Source: Octopus vulgaris (Eukaryota). Taken from it: 64,000 nucleotides of DNA. The stretch spans positions 71,796,001 to 71,860,000 of the forward strand of contig OX597814.1 of NCBI GenBank assembly GCA_951406725.2, in the 5' to 3' direction. Shown piece after piece: positions 55,592 to 64,000 of this stretch. The notes under the pieces were generated by a model. It was not told where the DNA came from. It ran no database searches and saw nothing but the letters and a program-made list of their open reading frames with translations. The translations under genes were made by a program, and so were the position numbers. Numbering within the stretch: the stretch's first letter is position 1; each line of letters starts with the position of its first letter.

Positions 55592-55930
55592 CATATACAT
55601 ATATACATATATATATATATACATATATATATATACATATACACATATATATATATATACATATATATATATACATATATACATATATATATATATACAT
55701 ATATATATACATATACATATATATATATATATACATATATATATACATATACATATATATATATACATATACATATATATATACATATACATATATATAT
55801 ATATACATATATATATATACATATATATATATATACATATACATATATACATATACATATATACATATACATATATATACATATACATATATACATATAT
55901 ACATATATACATATAAATATATACATATAC

Positions 55931-55975
<45 letters not shown>

Positions 55976-56010
55976 TATATACACATATATATACACATAT
56001 ATATATACAC

Positions 56011-56141
<131 letters not shown>

Positions 56142-56170
56142 CATATATATATATACATATATATATATAC

Positions 56171-56275
<105 letters not shown>

Positions 56276-56292
56276 CATATATATATATATAC

Positions 56293-56398
<106 letters not shown>

Positions 56399-57466
56399 GC
56401 GAGAATGAAGCAACAAGAATGGATAGCTTTTTAGTACAATCGTTTCATACAAGGACAGGTTTTATTAAAAGTTGCAAAAATTACAGCATATAAACGTGTC
56501 CCGTACTCATCAGCTAAAATACATGTGAGTTCTCTAGACATCCTAGTGGTTGAGGCTATACTCATGAAGTAATGTAGATAATTAAGTAACATAAACAGAT
56601 TTCAAAAGTTCATTAAAGTTCTTTAAAGATGATGTACAGTCTTAACACAGAATTTTAAAAAAGTCTTAATAGCATCACAGAGAAGGTGACCTAATCCATA
56701 GTGCACATATGAATTTCCAGGGATATGATGAGGGATTACATACTCACAGAAGACAAATTTATCCATTGTTAATTACAACGAGGTGGGTTTCAATTCCTGC
56801 TTATTAGCATTACAGAGAGGGTGAATTAATCCTTTGTATAGATGCACAATTTCCAATGGTGTAGATGTAAATTTCCAAGGAATTTCATATTCACAGGCGA
56901 TAAATTTATCAATGGTTGAACACAATGAGGTAGGTATCAATTTTGCTATATGATTAGGTATTTGCCACATTAATCACATTACTGCTATTTACAAGAGGCT
57001 GTAGCTATTTGGAAATTGTGCATCTATACAAAGGATTAATTCACCCTCTCTGTAATGCTAATAAGCAGGAATTGAAACCCACCTCGTTGTAATTAACAAT
57101 GGATAAATTTGTCTTCTGTGAGTATGTAATCCCTCATCATATCCCTGGAAATTCATATGTGCACTATGGATTAGGTCACCTTCTCTGTGATGCTATTAAG
57201 ACTTTTTTAAAATTTTGTGTTAAGACTGTACATCATCTTTAAAGAACTTTAATGAACTTTTGAAATCTGTTTATGTTACTTAATTATCTACATTACTTCA
57301 TGAGTATAGCCTCAACCACTAGGATGTCTAGAGAACTCACATGTATTTTAGCTGATGAGTACGGGACACGTTTATATGCTGTAATTTTTGCAACTTTTAA
57401 TAAAACCTGTCCTTGTATGAAACGATTGTACTAAAAAGCTATCCATTCTTGTTGCTTCATTCTCGC
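56399..57466. repeat. 458-bp near-perfect inverted repeat with 152-bp spacer; each arm carries a hammerhead (56429-56519 minus, 57346-57436 plus)
   Basis: 56399-56856 is the reverse complement of 57009-57466 (one mismatch noticed); HHR as at 37855. Confidence 0.9.
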
Positions 57467-57585
57467 TTATAATCACCCCACATTACTGTATTGTTAAATC
57501 AGTATAGTTTTTTTTGGTGCATCTAAGTTATGTACCATATTCAAGTAAATTCATTTAAATTAACTTGAATCTTTATTGCTTTTTG

Positions 57586-57733
<148 letters not shown>

Positions 57734-57792
57734 CATATATATATATATAAATATATATACATACATATATATATATAAATATATATACATAC

Positions 57793-57990
<198 letters not shown>

Positions 57991-58034
57991 CATACATATA
58001 TATATATACATACATATATATATATACATACATA

Positions 58035-58138
<104 letters not shown>

Positions 58139-58161
58139 CATACATATATATATATACATAC

Positions 58162-58244
<83 letters not shown>

Positions 58245-58247
58245 CAT

Positions 58248-58383
58248 TTGGCAGCTGTAGAAACATTGCCAAATTTAGACTGGAGCCTGGTGCAGCCTTC
58301 TGGCTTCCCAGAACCCGGTCGAACCGTCCAACCCATGCTAGCATGGAGAACGGACGTTAAACGATGATGATGATGATGATGAT
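58248..58383 (+). mobile_element. RTE 3' tail in (TA)n
   Basis: cagctgtagaaacattgcc...cggacgttaaacgatgatgat. Confidence 0.85.
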
Positions 58384-58385
58384 AC

Positions 58386-58432
<47 letters not shown>

Positions 58433-58439
58433 CATATAC

Positions 58440-58627
<188 letters not shown>

Positions 58628-58646
58628 TACATAGATATATATATAT

Positions 58647-60382
58647 GATTGATTGATTGATTCTAGTTTCAGCTTATGAGCTGTGGCCATGCTGGGGCAC
58701 CGCCATTTGGTGTTGCTACTTGGTTTCACTTCATGGAGGCTTTCTAGCAACTGCTATTTGGTGCATGAGCGAATTCGATGCAGCTGCCCTCATCTGCCCC
58801 TCCTGCCGGGAAGTTGGTTCATCTGGGACACCTGACAGGAAGAGATCAAGCTTCATTTTAAAGACATCTGTATCCACCCCATGCAGGTCTCTCAGGTTCT
58901 TCGGGAGGATATTGAAGAGCTGTGGGCCTCGGAAGCCCAGGCTATCACAGAATCTTGTCCTACATCTTGATGGCAGGTTTGGAGTCCTAGGCACCACGCA
59001 GTGGCGCCCAGTTCTGGCATTTGCGTAACTCTCGATGCCAAAGTTCAGGACACTTCTCTCCAGGATCTTCCAGATGTATATCTTTCCCACCTACGCTCCA
59101 GGGAATATAATTTTAATCTCTTGAGTCTTTCCCAGTAGCTTACATTCTGCATAGAGGCTATCTTCTTTGTGTAGCTTCGTTGGATCACCTCAAGTTCTGT
59201 GATCAACTTGACACTGGATGGTGACCATAGCTGAGAGCAATAGTCAAAGTGGCTTAGGACAAGTGTCTTCCAGAGGATCATCATGGTTTCTTGTTCTCTT
59301 GTTCTAAAGGTTCTAAGAATCCATCCAGCCAGCCGTCTACATTTCATTGTCAGTTTAGCAACATGTACATGAAATGTCGCGTCATCACTCATGTGAATAC
59401 CCAGGTCACGCACTGATTGTGCCTCTGGGATTGCAATCCCTCCGGGTCCAGTGTATTAATTGGGTATTGCATTCAGTTTTGCATGCTGATAGTATAAAGC
59501 TTGAAACTTTCCAGCATTGAACTGCATGCTATTCTTTTCAGCCCACTTGTATATTTCGTCCAGCTCACATTGCAGGTGTTTAGTGTCCTCAGGGTTCTGT
59601 ATTGCCTGTGAAACTTTTGTATCATCTGCATAACTTGTGATCGTGGCTCTCTGCGTGGCTGAGGGCATGTCTGAGAGGGCCATTATGAACAGTAGTGGTC
59701 CCAGAACAGTGCCCTACGGAACACCACTCACTATTTGTGTGTTAATGGAGGTGGCCCCATTGGCTACTACCACCTGACTTCTATCCTTCAGAAAGTCATG
59801 AAGCCATTCTCCCAGTTTTCCAACTATGTTGAGATCACGCAGTTTGTGACATATCATTCCATGATCGACTTTATCAAAGGCCTTTGCAAAGTCGAGATAT
59901 ATCACTTCCACATTTGAGTGGTTGAGCAGCCGTTTCAGCACCCAGTCATAGTGTTATAGGAGCTGAGTTAAACAGCTTCTCCCTGGTCGGAAACCATGTT
60001 GGGTGTCGGGCAGCAAGTCATTTTCTTCAAGGAAGGTGATCAGCTTCCTTCTGACTATTCGTTCCATGACCTTGCTGATGTGTGAGGTCAGAGAGATAGG
60101 TCTATAGTTCTTGGCTTCCACTCTGCTACCTCCTTTATGAATGGGGCATATTTTACCTTCCTTCAGTTTTCCTGGAAGTTTGCCAGCTGCAAGGAAGCTC
60201 TGAAAGAGGAACTGCAGTGGTCTTGCTAGGACTCTCTTACATGCTTTTAGGAGGATTGCCGGGAATCCATCGGGGCCAGTAGCTGAGTCTGTTTTCATTT
60301 GATCTATAGCCTTTATTACATCGTCTTCCTTTATATCGATGTAATCTATCGTCGCCGCCTCTGATTTTATATCTGCAGTGGT
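58647..60382 (-). mobile_element. 5'-truncated CR1-group LINE (RT)
   Basis: [55 protein letters not shown]; (AATC)n tail; few stops. Confidence 0.9.
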
Positions 60383-60410
60383 AAAAATATATATATATAT
60401 ATACATATAT

Positions 60411-60515
<105 letters not shown>

Positions 60516-60574
60516 CATATATATATATATACATATATATATATACATATATATATATACATACATATATATAC

Positions 60575-60647
<73 letters not shown>

Positions 60648-60830
60648 CATATATATATATACATATATATATATACATATATATATATACATACATATAT
60701 ATACATATATATATATACATATATATATATACATATATATACATATATATATACATATATACATATACATATATACATATATATATACACATATATACAT
60801 ATATATATACACATATATATATATATACAC

Positions 60831-60877
<47 letters not shown>

Positions 60878-60944
60878 TACATATACATATATACATATAC
60901 ATATATACATATATATATATACATATATACATATACATATATAC

Positions 60945-61019
<75 letters not shown>

Positions 61020-61037
61020 TATATACATATATATATG

Positions 61038-61151
<114 letters not shown>

Positions 61152-61198
61152 TATATACATATATATATACACATATATATATACATATATATATACAC

Positions 61199-61472
<274 letters not shown>

Positions 61473-61492
61473 TATATATATATATATATATA

Positions 61493-61545
<53 letters not shown>

Positions 61546-61548
<3 letters not shown>

Positions 61549-64000
61549 TCATCATCATCATCATCATCATCGTTTAACGTCCGCTTTCCGCGCTAGCACG
61601 GGTTGGACGGTTTGACCGGGTCTGGGAAGCCAGGGGCCGCTCCAGGCTCCAGTCTGAATCTGCCCTTCCTAACGCCAACCACTCCGTGAGTGGATTGGGT
61701 GCTTTTTACGTGCCACCTGCACAGGGGCCGGAGGGTCCGGCATCGTCACGATCGGTTCGAGCATTTTAACGTGTCAGCGGCACGGGGGCAACGAGGTCCG
61801 GGGTACTTTGGGAATCGGGGTACTTTGGGGATCCGGGGTACTTAGAATGGGTAGGGGGTATGTGGAATTGCTGCAGAAAGCAGCCCGGGTCTTTGTAGTC
61901 ACAGCATATCTCCAGAGATCTCGGTCCTTCGCCATTGCCTCAGTGAGGCCCAATGCTCTGAAGTCATGCTTGACCACCTCATCCCATGTCTTCCTGGGTC
62001 TACCTCTCCCCCTGATACCTTCAACTGTTTGGGAGTGGCACTTCTTCACACATCTCTCTTCATCCATCCGCAGCACATGACCATACCATCGGAAGCGTCG
62101 CTCTTGCACACCACATCTGATGCTTCTTATATCCAGCATTTCTCTCAGGATACTTACACTCTGTTTTGCGTGCACACTGACACTACACATCCAGCGGATC
62201 ATGCTAGCTTCATTTCTTTCAAGTCTACGCATGTCTTCTGCAGTCACAGCCCATGTTTCATTACCGTGAAGCATGGCAGTTCGCACACATGCATCATACA
62301 ATCTACCTTTTGCTCTGAGGGAGAGACCTTTTGTTGCCAGTAGGGGTAGGAGCTTTCTGAACTTTGCCCAGGATATTCGTATTCTAGTGGTGATACTCTC
62401 TGTGCATCCACCTCCGCTACTAACTTGGTCTCCCAGGTAGCGGAAACTATCAACTACTTCTAGTTTCTCTCCCTGGAGTGTGATGGAATCTGTTTTCTGA
62501 GTGTCTGTTGTGTCTATTGTCCCTGTGCATCTGCCGCACATGAAAGCTATCTTATCTGTTCATTTCCTTTAATGTTGCTGCACCTCTTATGTGTCCATAA
62601 CTTACATTGGGTGCATCTTATGGAGTTTCTACCTGTACCTTTCCTACAGGTTGAGCAGGGCCACCTACCCGAGGGGATGTGTGCTGAGTACCTCTTGCTG
62701 CTTACTAATACTTTGGTCTTTGCTACATTTATTCTAAGGCCCTTTGATTCCAACCCTTGCTTCCACACCCGAAATTTCTCTTCTAGTTCCGGTAGTGATT
62801 CTGCTATGAGAGCTAGGTCATCGGCATAGAGGAGCTCCCAGGGGCATCCCGTTTTGAATTCCTCTGTTATTGCCTGAAGGACTATGATGAATAAAAGGGG
62901 ACTGAGGGCTGAGCCCTGGTGCACACCTACTTCTACCTGGAATTCTTCACTATATTCGTTGCCAATCCTAACCTTGCTGACAGCCTCTCTGTATAGAGCC
63001 TGTACAGCCCTTATTAGCCATTCTTCAATCTCCAGTTTCCGCATCGACCACCAGATAAGGGAACGGGGAACCCTGTCAAAGGCTTTCTCCAAGTCTACAA
63101 AAGCTATGTAGAGGGGTTTATCTTTAGCTAGGTACTTCTCCTGCAGTTGTCGGACCAGGAATATAGCATCAGTGGTGCTTCTACCTGGTACAAAACCGAA
63201 CTGCATTTCATTTAAACAAATTCTCTCCCTAATGAGATTGGTTATGACCTTCTCTGAGACCTTCATCACCTGGTCCAACAGTTTGATACCTCTGTAGTTA
63301 TTTCTATCTAGAGCATCACCCTTACCCTTGTAGCAGTTGACTATGGTGCTGCTGCACCAGTCATTGGGTATGGCTCCATTATGAACTACCTGGTTTACAA
63401 TGCGGGTGACTATGGCATGGCCCACATAGCCAGCTGTTTTAAGCATCTCAGCAGTGATTCCTGATAGGCCAGGGGCTTTGCCTGGTTTCATATCCTTAAT
63501 TGCCTTATCTACAAGGGAGCTGTCTATTCGGGTAGCTGGTCCCTCTACTGGGTCAACATTTGGCAGGCTCTCCTCCTCCCATTCATTCTCCTCATTCAGC
63601 AGTCTTTCATAATGGCTTCTCCAAGCCTCTTTCTTTTCACTAGTAGTAAAAGCAAGTGCCCCATCATCCATGCGGACACATTTCTCTCCTATAACATCGC
63701 TATTTTCTCTGACACACTGTCTGGCAATCCGAAATACTTCAGCTCTTTGATCCTCGCGACGCTGGACATTGGCAAACTTCTTCTTTTCTGCTACATCTTT
63801 GGCAATGTATACCTGCCGCCCAGCCTCCCTTTTGGCTATCTGGTACAGTTCCCTGCTGCCCCCATCCTTCCAGGCTTTCCAGGCCCGTCTCTTTTCACAG
63901 ATGGCTTTATCTACTGCACTATTCCACCACCACGTAATTCTAGGTCTGGAAGGGACTTTGCACCATCCACAGACTTGGTCTGTGGCACTCAACAAGCTGT
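61546..64000 (-). mobile_element. Young RTE LINE running off the window end; RT open except one frameshift near 62560
   Basis: ORFs of 482 aa and 255 aa: VDLEKAFDRVP, GVHQGSALSPLLF, YADD, C4HC3 finger, RGRGRPRKTW; (CAT)n on plus strand. Confidence 0.93.

Overview
AT-rich, repeat-dense animal DNA. The repeat content (RTE LINEs with (GAT)n tails, tRNA-derived SINEs, very long (TA)n tracts) suggests an octopus/coleoid cephalopod, which is an inference. Three GT-AG exons of a MEGF8-like gene lie on the minus strand (22344-22516, 13533-13751, 11313-11840) and splice in frame; the ORF track largely misses them. The rest appears intronic and contains RTE and CR1-group LINEs, Penelope-like elements (PLEs), Helitrons, two piggyBac derivatives, a solo LTR and SINEs. 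The most interesting signal is non-coding: about a dozen type I hammerhead ribozyme (HHR) motifs. Two tandem repeats of 342 nt (15703-16316, +) and 352 nt (48628-49180, -) are diverged homologues with co-varying hairpins and a shared 3' end at (TA)n, matching retrozyme-like, circRNA-generating retroelements. The second is joined directly to a PLE reverse transcriptase fragment. A 458-bp near-perfect palindrome carries an HHR on each strand. All structures were read by eye; no searches or folding programs were run, and most TE boundaries are approximate.
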